Source of the DNA: Chiloscyllium plagiosum
Taxonomy: Eukaryota
Assembly (NCBI RefSeq): GCF_004010195.1
Contig: NC_057718.1
Coordinates: forward strand, 55,370,621 to 55,419,360
DNA length: 48,740 bases
Direction: 5' to 3'
Every line of letters begins with the position of its first letter. The stretch's first letter is position 1. The notes below the pieces were generated by a model, which saw only the letters and a program-made list of their open reading frames with translations, was not told where the DNA came from and did no database searches. The translations under genes were made by a program, and so were the position numbers. Below are positions 12,941 through 24,452 of the stretch, one piece after another.

Positions 12941-13418
12941 CACAATTAAATAGCAGAACTACACCTCTACCTTTTCCTAGTGCCAATGCCCCACAAACTG
13001 GAACCCAATTTCCATTTTGAGCCATGCATTCATATCTCTAATCTGATATGCCCTATGGCAATTTGCATGTGGTTTCGGTAATAATGCAGAGATTTAAGAT
13101 TAATCTTTTGAGGCTCTTCTTAATGTGAGGTCGTTCTCCTCATGTTGCCTATACAAATTTCGTTCTTTGTCATGTGTATGTTGTTGATACCTACAAGGAC
13201 CATAGTAACAGATCCTCCCCCCCTTCCTTGTCTGAGCAGAGGTCCTAAACCTTACCTCCTAGGCAGACAATGCAGAGAACAGTGTTAATCACTCTATCAC
13301 CCCAAATTACCACTACATTTCTTCTTTTGGCCCTGTCTTGAATAGCATCCTGTAACAGAATCAAATAGTGAATTCACATTCATGCAATAGCTCAGAGGTT
13401 CTTTAAACTTGTTTGGAT

Positions 13419-14560
13419 AGTAAGGCGTTCGACAAGGTTATTCATGGTAGACTGGTTAACAAGGTTAGATCAATGGAATGCAGCGAGAATGAGCCATTTA
13501 GATATAGAACTAGCTAGAAGATAGAAAACAGAGGGTGGTGGTGGAGGGTTGCCTTTCAGACTGGAGGCCTGTGACCAGTGGTGTGCCACAAGGATCGGTG
13601 CTGGGTTTACTGCTTTTTGTCATCAATATAAATGATTTGGATGTGAGCGTAAGAGGTATAGTTAGTAAGTTTGCAGATGACACCAAACCTGGAGGTATAG
13701 TGGATAGCAAAGAAGGTTACCTTTAGAGTACAATGGAATCTTGATCAGATGGGGCAATGGGCTGAGGAGTTGCAGATGGAGTTCAATTTAGATATATGTG
13801 AGGTGCTGCATTTTGGAAAAGCAAATCAAAGCAGGACTTCTACACTTAATTGTAAGATCCTAGAGAGTGTTGCTGAACAAAGAGACCTTGGAGTGCAGGT
13901 TCAAAATTCCTTGAAGGTGGGGTTGCAGATAGATTGGATAACAAAGAAGGCGTTTGGTATGCTGTCCTTTATTGGTCAGAGCAGTGAGTACAGGATTAGG
14001 GAGGTCATGTTGCGGCTGTACAGGACATTGGTTGGGCCACTTTTGGAATGTCGTGCGTAATTCTGATCTCCCTCCTATTGAAAGGAGTTGCGAAACTTGC
14101 AAAGGTTCAGAAAAGATTTACAAGGATGTTGCCAAGGTTGGAGGATTTGAGCTATAGGGAGAGGCTGAATAGGCTGGAGCATCGGAGGCTGAAGGGAGAC
14201 CTTATAGAAGTTTATAAAATCATGAGGGGCATGGATAGGGTAAGTAGTCTAGGTGTTTTCCCTGGCATCAGGGAGTTCAGAGCTAGAGGGCATAGGTTTA
14301 GGGTGAGGGGAGAAAAATTTAAAAGGGACCTAAGGGGCAACTTTTTCATGCATAGGACGAGGAAGTGCCAGAGGAAGTGATGGAGGCTGGTCTGTTTACA
14401 ACATTTAAAAGGCATCTGGATGGGTACATGAATCGGAAAGGTTTAGAGGGATATGGGCCGCATGCTGGAAAATGGGACGAGATTTGTTTAGGATATCTGG
14501 TCGGCGTAGACAAGTTGGACCGAAGGGTCTGTTTCTGTGCTGTACATCTCTATGACTCTA
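13419..14560 (+). mobile_element. 5'-truncated CR1 LINE (HER1-type)
   Basis: [23 protein letters not shown] and RRLKGDLIEVYKIM motifs; tail ctctatgactcta. Confidence 0.92.
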
Positions 14561-14644
14561 ATTGGAAAGGCCAATGCTCGTGTGTTCCTATCCTCTGGGT
14601 TAGCTTACCTGCCTCACCCAGAGTCTCACAGCCTTATCCCTAAA

Positions 14645-15001
14645 TCATAAAATCCCTACAGCATGGAAACAGGCCATTTGCCCCAACAAGTCCGAAGAGT
14701 AAACCCTACCCCCACCGCCCCACCAAGGCCCGTTCCCCTTCCGTATTATCCTACATTTACCCTTGACTAATGTACCCAACCCGCACATCCTAGAACACTG
14801 TGGGGAATTTAGCATAGCCGGTTCACCTAATCTGCACATCTTTGGATTTTGGGAAGAATCCAGAGCATCACGAGGAAACACACAAACAGACAAGGGGAGA
14901 ATGTGCAAATTCCACGCAGGCAGTCGTCTGAGGCTGGAATTGAACTGTGTCACTAGCGTTGTGAGTCAGCAGTACTAACCACTGAGCCACCATGCTGCCC
15001 C
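14645..15001 (-). mobile_element. tRNA-derived V-SINE (HE1-like) with CR1/HER1-type tail
   Basis: reverse strand: ggggcagcatggtggctcagtggttag (A-box), gttcaattcc (B-box), V-domain-like gtggaatttgcacattctcccc, tail aatggcctgtttccatgctgtaggga. Confidence 0.85.
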
Positions 15002-15879
15002 TGAACACTGACCAAATCGGACAACCAGACTCTAGGAAGTGTGGCTGATGAGTCCCACTGCCTGTAGTTCAGTCTCTAACTCAAACCCTGAATCAAAGTT
15101 GCTCAAATTTGCCGCAGGTGTCCTTGATCTGAATTTAAACTGGCATCCAGCAACTCCTACATGTTGGAACTGAGATACATTACTAGTCCTGCCATCCTTA
15201 ATGTGCTGTAAGGTACTACTTATTTTCAATTTTAAATTTAGTTATGTTTTTATCTGTTTGATTAACCTTACCACCAGTTGCTATATTATGTTGAAGTTAG
15301 GAATTGAATAAATCGTAGTCGCAAACCTTAGATATGTTGTCTTTGCTGTACCAAGTGACTTCAACTGTCTCTTGTTATCACATGGTATAAATTGGATCGG
15401 CTGAAAACAGGCATTTGGGATGTTAGGGATCTCCAGGACTGATAGTCAGTTGGTATTTTGGGTCAAAAAACAGTGTTGTACATGGCATGCTTGGTAAAGA
15501 TAGGAACAGTTTTGGGAGATAGAAAAATGGTTCAAGGATTTTGGACAAAAGAAAGAGTTTAGAAATGGTGGTTTGATTTGATATTTTCATCAGTTCATTA
15601 ATTTTTCATTGATTGCATTTTTGGAAAATCTCAACAGCACATTCTCTGGAGAAGTGTAGAATTGCTGATGGCCACATCTGGATTTTTATCTCGAACTGCG
15701 CAAATAGATTCTGGAAATCACTGTTGGTTTCAATAGAGTAATGACAGAGAATGCTGAACATGTTGCTGTCATTACAACTGCAAACCTTGAGTCTATATTT
15801 ACTTGGTATGTCAGCAACATAGTTCTTTTGCATGACGTTTGGCATTTATGTGCATATTCCCTCTGTCTTTGTCTATCAG

Positions 15880-16053
15880 CCCAAACCAACAAAAGGACGA
15901 ATGCGAATTCATTGTCTTGAAAATGTTGACAAAGCCCTTCAGTTTCTTAAAGAGCAAAGAGTACATTTAGAAAATATGGGATCTCATGATATCGTGGATG
16001 GAAACCACCGGTTGACTCTTGGTCTAATTTGGACCATCATTCTCCGATTCCAG
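15880..16053 (+). CDS. SPTBN1: beta-II spectrin exon (CH1 C-terminal half), first exon in window
   Basis: cag|CCCAAA...TTCCAG|gtaaat; encodes [58 protein letters not shown]; 174 nt, phase 0-0. Confidence 0.97.
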
Positions 16054-16304
16054 GTAAATTCAACAGTGCAGTGAATGTCACTAAGATCTTGATGCTTGCT
16101 TTAATTATTATTCTAATTTTTGACCACTTGTTTCCAAGAATGATACCTGTATGTCAGAGGATTATGTTGTGAGGAGAAATTTGTATAATTTAGGCACGTT
16201 TTCTCTAAAGCTTAGAAGTTTAAGGGTGAAGTTCAAAGTTTGTGAGAAGATTTGTAGCTCGGGTGCTCGTTGTGGTTCGGTTTGCCGAGCTGGGAATTTG
16301 TGTT

Positions 16305-16344
16305 GCAGACATTTCGTCCCCTGTCTAGGTGACATCCTCAGTGC
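16305..16344 (-). ncRNA. minimal type-I hammerhead ribozyme motif (PLE pseudo-LTR)
   Basis: GCA-CUGAGGA-U-GUCACCU(AGAC)AGGGGAC-GAAA-UGUC-UGC; helix I is GCA/UGC. Confidence 0.75.
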
Positions 16345-17297
16345 TTGGGAGCCTCCTGTGAAGCGCTTCTGTGATCTTTCCTCCGGCATTTGTAATGGTT
16401 TGAATCTGCCACTTCCGGTTGTCAGTTCCAGCTGTCTGCTGCAGTGGTCGGTATATTGGGTTCAGGTCGATGTGCTTATTGATTTGAATCTGTGGATGAG
16501 TGCCATGCCTCTAGGAATTCCCTGGCTGTTCTCTGTTTGGCTTGTCCTATAATAGCAGTGTTGTCCCAGTCGAATTCATGTTACTTGACATCTGCGTGTG
16601 TGGCTACTAAGGATAGCTGGTCGTGTCGTTTCATGGCTAGTTGATGTTCATGGATGCGGATTGTTAGCTGTTTTCCTGTTTGTCCTATGTAGTGTTTTGT
16701 GCAGTCGTTGCATGGGATTTTGTATACTACATTGGTTTTGCTCATGCTGGGTATTGGGTATTGGGTCCTTTGTTCTGGTGAGTTATTGTCTGAGAGTGGC
16801 TGTTGGTTTGTGTGCTGTTATGAGTCCTAGTGGTTGCAGTAGTCTGGCTGTCAGTTCAGAAATGCTCTTGATGTATGGTAACGTGGCTGGTCCTTTGGGT
16901 TGTGGCATGTCCTCATTCTGTTGTCTTTGCCTTAGGCATCTGTTGATGAAATTGCGCGGGTATCCGTTTTTGGTGAATACATTGTATAGGTGTTCTTCTT
17001 CCTATTTTTGCAGTTCTGGTGTACTGCAGTGTGTTGTGGCCCTTTTGAATAGTGTCTTGATGCAACTTCTTTTCTGTGTGTTGGAGTGGTTGCTTTCGTA
17101 GTTTAGGACTTGGTCTGTGTGTGTGGCTTTCCTGTATACCTTTGTGGTGAATTCTCCGTTCGGTGTTCTCTGTACCATCATGTCTAGGAATGGGAGTTGG
17201 TTGGCCATTTCTTCCTCTCTAGTGAATCGGATTGCTGTGAGTGTGGTGTTGATGATCAAGTGTGTGTTCTCTATTTCTGTGTTTTTAATGATTACAA

Positions 17298-17337
17298 GCA
17301 CTGAGGATGTCACCTAGACAGGGGACGAAATGTCTAC
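17298..17337 (+). ncRNA. minimal hammerhead motif, inverted copy with a helix I mismatch
   Basis: GCA-CUGAGGA-U-GUCACCUAGACAGGGGAC-GAAA-UGUC-UAC. Confidence 0.65.
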
Positions 17338-17797
17338 AACACAAATTCCCAGTTTGGCGAACAGAACCACAATTAAGGGTGAAGTCACTAAGATATTAAC
17401 AGGAGAAACAGTGTAGATAAAGATAAACTAGTCCTACTGATTGGAGATTCTAATAAAAGGAATAATCTGAGAATTAGGACCAGATCATTCAGGAGAGATG
17501 TTAGAACAAAGAGATGTTAGATTAGTTGTCAATTTTAAATCTGAGACAGATGGTTTTTTGTTAAGCAAAGGTATTAAGGGATATTTTCCAAAGGCAGGTG
17601 TGGAGAAACAAGCTTGAGGGACTGAATGGCCTACTCTTGTTCCTGTGTTGAGCAAATATGAACATTCCCCTTGTTAAAGCAACCAAATTGAAATTGCCTA
17701 AATCTGCTTCCTTTCAATAGCTCCTTTAGCTTTTGGGAAATTATTAAGTCATGCAAGTGAGACAATCCATTTGACAGAATTCATTTTTATTCCCAAG

Positions 17798-17889
17798 ATC
17801 CAAGATATCAGTGTTGAATCAGAAGACAACAAGGAAAAGAAATCTGCAAAAGATGCTTTGCTGTTATGGTGCCAGATGAAAACTGCAGG
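17798..17889 (+). CDS. SPTBN1: beta-II spectrin exon (CH1-CH2 linker)
   Basis: aag|ATCCAA...GCAGG|gtgagt; [31 protein letters not shown]; 92 nt. Confidence 0.96.
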
Positions 17890-17989
17890 GTGAGTGTTAT
17901 CAGTGGAATTGTTGTCACAACGTTTCCACAAGACAGTAGGCTCGATTTTATGAGGCATAAGCTCCTCACCCACCAGCCAGAAAGGGGAG

Positions 17990-18500
17990 GCAGTGACATT
18001 GATATTGTCACTGGATTAGTAATCCAGAGGCCCACACTAATGTTCTGAGGATATAGGTTGGATATTTGATCATTTACAGTTCACAGGAGCTTTAGAATAA
18101 TGACCTATGTGATTCATAGGGATCACACTGGATCTCATTCCTGATTAGGGGTGATAAACACAGTTCTTTGTGCCTTCCCCACTCCTTATTCCCCAGGAAG
18201 TTAGGCCTTTCCAAAGATTGAAAGTTTAAGGTACTGCTGTCTTAATACTGAAAATACCCTGCGGAAGGGATGGTGGGGAATATTAAATTAAAATATATTG
18301 TGGCAGATGGTGAGATTTGAATGCAGTAAAAATCTGGAATTAAAAGCCAGATAGTGGCAACCATGTAACCATTGTCGATTTATCATAAATAGCCACCTGG
18401 TTCACTATGGTGCTTTAGGGAATGAAATCTATAAACCTTACCCAGTCTGACTGTTTGTGTCTCCAGATACATTAGCACTGTGGTTGACTCTTAATTGCCT
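17990..18500 (+). mobile_element. old tRNA-derived SINE (DeuSINE/SacSINE1-like), interrupted at ~18060-18290
   Basis: gtcactggattagtaatccagag head; ctggttcact...tttagggaa.gaaatct...ccttacc..gtctg and tgtggttgactcttaattgcc body; family recognised from memory. Confidence 0.55.
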
Positions 18501-19272
18501 TCATACCACCCAACTCACTTCAATCACACCAGCAGAGACCCATACAATGCAGCTGAGTAATTTTTTTCTTGGTTGAATCTTGAACCTGAATAACACCATT
18601 AAAATAAATTGTTTTGATGGAATGCTTCATCCACGTCTTACTTGGATTTTCAAAACAAAACCATAATACTTTGTTTTTTCATTATGAAGGAAAATACATT
18701 TAATAGTTGTATTGTGTAATAGTGTCCACAATTGGAAATTTTGTTTTAATTAACTATTTGTGAACCCCTCTTTTTGCAGTGATTGTATTGGTTCTTGGAA
18801 ATAATGTGAAATTGAATACTTAACTAACTTTGGTTGAATATCTCAGTAAATTATTCCTGCAGAGTACTTATGAGGTAGATCCATGTATAATCGAGGTTCC
18901 TTTGTATTCTCAATCCTTAAGTCTTATGCACAACTGACATGTATCCATTCACTCATGTATATGCAAGTGTGCAACTTTTGCTTTAAAATTGCCATTTGTG
19001 ATATTAAGTGAATTAATTTTGGCATTGGTTTCCATAAAGTTCTGTAATTCTGTATAATACCAGCAAAAGTATGAATAAATTAACTCCGTATTTGTGTTTT
19101 GTTTAAACTGCCCTAATTTTTCAAACCTGTATTTTGACCTTATTTGACATCCTATGATTACTCCTGGTCATATCAGGTAAAAAGTTAGTTACCTCAAATA
19201 ATAATGGCTCCACATTTGCTAACTGAATTTTAATGCTGAGGAAGTAATTATTTTCTAGTTACTGTATGCTAG

Positions 19273-19836
19273 TGTTATGGACCAGATCAGACCCCTCCTC
19301 AAAATATTTTAAGAAGGTCACCTAGGTCCCAAGTTTTTCAAGCAAAACCACAATTTATTTAAACACTATACTTTAAATATAAATAAAAGAAAGAAATACT
19401 TAAATAACTTAACTCTATTGGAAAACTTAACCAAATAATAGATTTATTAACTGTTACAATATAGTAACATCCCATAAACACTCCCTTGATAAAAAAGGCA
19501 AATTCAGAAAAATAGATTTGTCCAACAGGTATCTCAGCAGCAGAGAGAAACCCCAGCTTCTAGCTGTAACCAAAAGAAGGTAACTTCTACCTCTTCAAGC
19601 CCACACTAGCAACTGCTTAAAGCTAAGCCTAAAAACTAAACAAAACGGAAAACCTGCTCTGTGACAGCTGACCACATCTATTCAGGCTGCCTCCATTGTT
19701 CCAACTTTTTAAAAAAAAACCAAGGCCCCAAGTTTCCTCTAGTGGTTTTGGTAGACTGTTTGGCACCTCTGCCTTACAACTTCTATTTAAAAAACAACAT
19801 TCAAAAAAAACCCCTTAAAGCCACAGCATTGTCACA
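19273..19836 (-). mobile_element. solo LTR related to the LTRs of the Gmr1-like element
   Basis: reverse strand begins tgtgacaatgctg and ends ggtctgatctggtccataaca, the same termini as 6485-7220 and 12274-12940. Confidence 0.8.
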
Positions 19837-19999
19837 TTTATAATTGTAGCCAGTTTTCCTATTTTTCTGGCACAACTGTAAAGATCATGTTTACCAGAGA
19901 TGAGGATTTGCTAAAATGATCACAATTCGGTAACAATATTGCAAATCATAAGGAGACTCCCTCTGTAACCAAATTAGAATTCTGTCTTTGAAGAATACA

Positions 20000-20219
20000 C
20001 AGGTCATTCTGCTATAACGCATGTTTCGTTAATGTGAATTTGCCATAATGTGATTGATAAATTGGGGCCTCTATTTCAAAGGTGTGAACTTTTACAATGT
20101 GTGTTGGCTTTAATACGATTACATCACCAACACTTTCAGCACTGTTTCTAAAGACTGATTTTTTTTCCCTATAACACGGGGTTGCACAAGTACATGTCCA
20201 TCCATTATAGAACCACCTG
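20000..20219. mobile_element. Tigger/Tc1-mariner-like MITE remnant
   Basis: imperfect terminal inverted repeats caggtcattctgctataac / ttatagaaccacctg; TA TSD not intact. Confidence 0.45.
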
Positions 20220-20348
20220 TTTCTAAAATTTTACCAAAATGACAACCATGAATCGATATGGCATGTTAACTTTAGCTTGTTGCATTTGGTTCTTAATTTA
20301 GTTTTCAAGATAGAAATAAAATCTTACACTTCCTTTTCCTCTCTGTAG

Positions 20349-20429
20349 CTATCCCAATGTCAATATTCACAACTTTACCACCAGCTGGAGGGATGGCATG
20401 GCATTCAATGCTGTTATACACAAGCATAG
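20349..20429 (+). CDS. SPTBN1: beta-II spectrin exon (CH2)
   Basis: tag|CTATCCC...CATAG|gtatgt; [27 protein letters not shown]; 81 nt. Confidence 0.96.
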   Translation, partial: LSQCQYSQLYHQLEGWHGIQCCYTQA

Positions 20430-20536
20430 GTATGTTGGCATTGCTAGCTTCAAATAAATATTCAATCACATTGTTTGCATTTATTTTGCAGTATGTATGT
20501 GGTCTATATTTTCTCACTCTATTATCATTTGGTCAG

Positions 20537-20652
20537 GCCGGACTTGATTGATTTTGACAAGCTTAAGAAGTCTAATGCTCACTACAATCTCCAGAATGCT
20601 TTCAACCTAGCAGAGCAGCACCTTGGGCTTACCAAACTGTTGGACCCTGAAG
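20537..20652 (+). CDS. SPTBN1: beta-II spectrin exon (CH2)
   Basis: cag|GCCGGAC...GAAG|gttaat; [38 protein letters not shown]; 116 nt. Confidence 0.96.
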
Positions 20653-21076
20653 GTTAATTTTTTAATGTTTCATTTTTAAGTGTTAGCATGATACTTTGTT
20701 CATGTTCATGTATAATTTACTGCTTGACAGCATTTGAAGAATGTTATTTGGATTCTGTAATGTTAATTCCCCACTCATAAACAATCATCCTTTTATTGCC
20801 CGAACTCTCCTCCACTCCATTGCTGACACCATTTTTCCAAATTGATGTTATAGTAGGTATAACTTGAGTTTGGATTCAAAAGTAGCTCTGAAATATTACC
20901 AATATTATTTGTTTCCTCTCCCTTGTTATCTTTAAAAAGCACATTACCATCAATGACCTTCATGGTCACTGTCATATAATGATCCTTAAAACTGGTAGTT
21001 CCCCTTTATTTACAATTTATACAAGCTGTTTGGCCACTACTATGCAGCTAGATAATACTCACCATTTATTCACCAG

Positions 21077-21189
21077 ATGTCAGTGTTGATCATCCTGATG
21101 AAAAGTCAATTATTACCTATGTGGTGACATACTACCACTACTTCTCAAAGATGAAGGCCCTGGCTGTGGAAGGAAAGCGCATTGGAAAG
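21077..21189 (+). CDS. SPTBN1: beta-II spectrin exon (end of CH2)
   Basis: cag|ATGTC...GGAAAG|gtattt; [38 protein letters not shown]; 113 nt. Confidence 0.96.
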
Positions 21190-21459
21190 GTATTTCAAAA
21201 TTTTTTGGAAACTACTGTGTATTAATTTTGAGGAGAATGTCCAGTAAGATTGAGAACAGTATAATGTTTTTCAGTGGTGAGATATATTTATAGCAGTCGT
21301 GATAACATGTGAAATTGAATCGTATTGAAGTGTAATCATCCCATCTTAAGTATTTAAATTCCATTACTATTGGTCTGACCTTTTTTCTGCTTTGTGTCTG
21401 CTAATGTGTAGAGTCCACGCATACAGTTACTTGCCTTAGTTTTAGAAAGATACCACTCC

Positions 21460-22185
21460 AGCCAGGTTTACTACTCTCTGGCTGAAAAAATTCCTCTTCC
21501 TTTCAGTTCCAAAGGACCTAGTCTTCACTCTGAGGCTGTGCCCTGGGTTCTTGTCTCTCCCCCTAGTGGACACATTTTCTCCATGTTCATTCTGTTCAGT
21601 CCTCTCAATATTCTAAGTTTCAATGAGATCTCCCATCCCACGCCTTTCCATACTCTATCAAGTACTGATGTAGAGTCCTCAACCGTTCCTCACATAACAA
21701 GCCCTTCATCCCTGGGATCATTCATGTAAACCCCTAGATCCCTAAACCTCTAGACCCCTACTAACTAGTAGATTTGTCCTTAGATATAGGGCCCAAATAC
21801 AGTCTGACCAAAGTCTTGTACAGCTTCAACAGCACATCTCTACTCTTGTATTCTAGCCCTCTTGAAATGGATACTAATATAGCATTTGCCTTCCTAACTG
21901 CCAACTGAACCTACATGCTAACCTTAAGAGAAGCCTGAACTAAAATTCCTAAGTCCCTTTACTTCAGATTTCTGAAAATTTTCCCCATTTAGAAAATAGT
22001 CTTTATTCTACCTACCAAAGTGCATAACCTCACACTTTCTCATATTGTATTCCATCTGCCACTTTTTTTGCCCGCTTTCCTAGTCTGACAAGTCCTTCTG
22101 CAGCCACTCTGCTTCGTGCATACTGCCTGCCCATCCATCTATCTTTGTCAACTGCAAACTTAGCGGCATGCCCTCAGTCCATCTT
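21460..22185 (-). mobile_element. CR1 LINE fragment
   Basis: reverse complement of the KFA(V)D, CEVMHFG and KANAILVSISRGLEYK motifs. Confidence 0.75.
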
Positions 22186-22425
22186 CAAAGGTAACAAAGT
22201 TGTTATTTAGTCTATTGGTTGCTGAGCTTAAAATGCTTGAGTCATCTAACCTCCTTGATCGTGTTACCATCACTTAACCCATTCCAAGGCATCCATTCTA
22301 ATATGATTAACACATTAAACAATCCCAGAAGTTATTTCTTAAAATTATTATTGAATTTTTTTTTGCAAATTTGACATTTCTTGAGTTTTGTTACTTTAAA
22401 CTTGTTCTATTTTCACATGTGACAG

Positions 22426-22613
22426 GTACTTGATTATGCGATTGAAACTGAAAAAATGATAGAAAAATATGAATCATTGGCATCTGACCTGCTGGAGTGG
22501 ATCGAACAGACTATCATCATCCTGAACAATCGTAAATTTGCCAATTCACTGGTTGGCGTTCAGCAGCAGCTACAAGCTTTTAACACATATCGCACTGTAG
22601 AAAAACCATCAAA
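22426..22613 (+). CDS. SPTBN1: beta-II spectrin exon (spectrin repeat 1)
   Basis: cag|GTACTT...TCAAA|gtaaga; [63 protein letters not shown]; 188 nt. Confidence 0.96.
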
Positions 22614-23269
22614 GTAAGATTATTAAACAGTTACTAACTTGCTACTTAAACTAGCTTCATCAGTCACTTGGGAAAACATAAATAAGAGCTGACTACTGAA
22701 CATTTCTCATTGCTATCTGACTCAGTATAGTTAACATTACAAATTTGTCATAGTGCACAGATAGTGGTAAACTACATTAAAATTTCAATAAGAAAAGCTT
22801 AGATGATGGTTAGGTAGCTCTTTAGAATGATTTAATTTTTTTTACGTTTATGGAGATGGGTGACACTGAGACTTGATTTTTTACCTTAATTGGTCTGTGA
22901 AGATACTGGAAGCATGTTTCCTGTAGGTGTTTGCTATCATCAATGGAGAATTTCAAAATTTTATCAAGCAACAATTAAAAAATGAAATTTTAGGTCTAAG
23001 TCAGGTTAGTATTTCATTGGGAAATGATGATGTTTCCATTTTGCTGTTGTGCTTTTCACTACCACAAGGGGCTGAGAGGTACGTAAAATGGCATTCCTAC
23101 TGATAATATATGCTGTAGTTTTAGTTTGTTGATGAGAGAAGGGAATGAATATTAAGTCAGCGGAAGGGCTGGCATTCAAGCAGACTGTTCTTTTACTCAA
23201 TATTGTCAAGCATCTTGAAAACTCTTGTGACTGAGCGTCATGTGTTTTGAGTGGTCAGGACATACTCTA

Positions 23270-23369
23270 ACAAAAACATAAATTGCTGGAGAAATTCAGC
23301 AGGTCTGGCAGCATCTGTGGAGAGAAAGCAGAGTTAATGTTTTGAGTCCAGTGACCCTTCTTCAGAACA
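23270..23369 (-). mobile_element. Penelope-like pseudo-LTR fragment with CpG-decayed hammerhead
   Basis: reverse strand: GUU-CUGAAGA-A-GGGUC(ACUG)GACUC-AAAA-CAUU-AAC, then tctgctttctctccacagatgctgccagacc. Confidence 0.7.
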
Positions 23370-23688
23370 AATGTTACATGCTCCTATTCTATCAAAGCTG
23401 AATATTATTTGATCGAGAGCAGGCTTTTCATAGTTCAAACAGGCAATTCTGATTTTTCAAAGCTCAATTTGCCAAAGCTCCTCTTCCTTGCTGTTATCAG
23501 GAAGGATGTAAGTTCATTTCATATATGCCAAGTGTAATTTTCTGGAACTTCCAATTAATTCTATCACAACTAAACTTGTGCATCACCCATTGAGTTTTGC
23601 AACAGAAATACGAAAATAATACAATTTGCATTATTCTTGTGTAATATCTAAAATAACTTATCTGCTATTTTGTTTCCTTCTGATATAG

Positions 23689-23806
23689 GTTTACAGAGAA
23701 AGGAAATCTAGAAGTATTGCTTTTCACTATTCAAAGCAAAATGAGAGCAAACAATCAGAAAGTATATATGCCAAGAGAAGGCAAACTCATCTCCGATATC
23801 AACAAG
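23689..23806 (+). CDS. SPTBN1: beta-II spectrin exon (spectrin repeat 1)
   Basis: tag|GTTTACA...AACAAG|gtaatt; [39 protein letters not shown]; 118 nt. Confidence 0.96.
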
Positions 23807-24452
23807 GTAATTACAAAAATTTCATTTTCTTCTGGAAGGAAATATATTTAACCTTGTCAGAAGCCTGTTGTAGTTTGTACAGGCAGCTACATCCTTGGAG
23901 TCGAACTAACATTTATTGCACCCTGGTTTCTGGGTTTTGCCCAAGACAAGAATTCAGCTGAGCACATAAGCTTCAAATCATTAGAGTAGAACTGCGCAAA
24001 GATAAGTAATTTAGCCATCAAGCCTGCATGGCTTTTTCAGAGAGCAATCTAATTCGTTCCACTTTCCACTCTTCTGATACATTTAAGCAATGTTCTCTCC
24101 TTCGCATGTTTATCGTAAGTCCTTTTGAAAACTGTTGTTGAATCTGAACGCTTCATGAAACACACAATGCGTTCCAGTCCCAATTGCTTGTTTGAAAAGT
24201 TTTTCATTATGTTGGTTCTGGTTCTTTTAGAAAATACCGGAAAGGTCTGTGTCCTTTCAGCCTTGGAATTAGATTTTCTTTAGCTTGCATAATTTTAAAC
24301 ACCTTTACCAAATCTCTTTTTGACACCACTGTTCTAAGAAAAACAAGTCCAGTATGTCCAGAGTATTTACCTAACTATTCCCTCATCTTTGGAAAAATTC
24401 CAGTAAATCACACTGCACCCTTTCCTAAACCTTCACATCCTCCCTCAAGTAT

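Larger units (their letters stand above)
16233..17372 (-). mobile_element. 5'-truncated Penelope-like element (RT C-terminus + GIY-YIG endonuclease) with inverted pseudo-LTR and 13-bp TSD
   Basis: FTREEE...QLPFLD...VYRKATHTDQ...KRSCIKTLFKRA; NVVYKIPCNDCTKHYIGQTG at ~16672-16737; 16270-16347 inverted at 17295-17372; TSD ttaagggtgaagt at 16220-16232 and 17373-17385. Confidence 0.93.
16150..17650 (+). mobile_element. old CR1 3' fragment split by a PLE insertion (CR1 parts ~16150-16232 and ~17373-17650)
   Basis: LGTFSLKLRSLR resembles LGLFSLExRRLRG; tail gaggggactgaatggcctactcttgttcct-like at ~17616-17644. Confidence 0.65.

Noticed and set aside
14930..15001. tRNA gene
   Set aside because: The A/B boxes are the head of a SINE and run on into the V-domain and LINE tail.
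16598..17101. 167-aa Cys/Leu-rich + strand ORF
   Set aside because: Antisense shadow of the Penelope RT/GIY-YIG coding strand.
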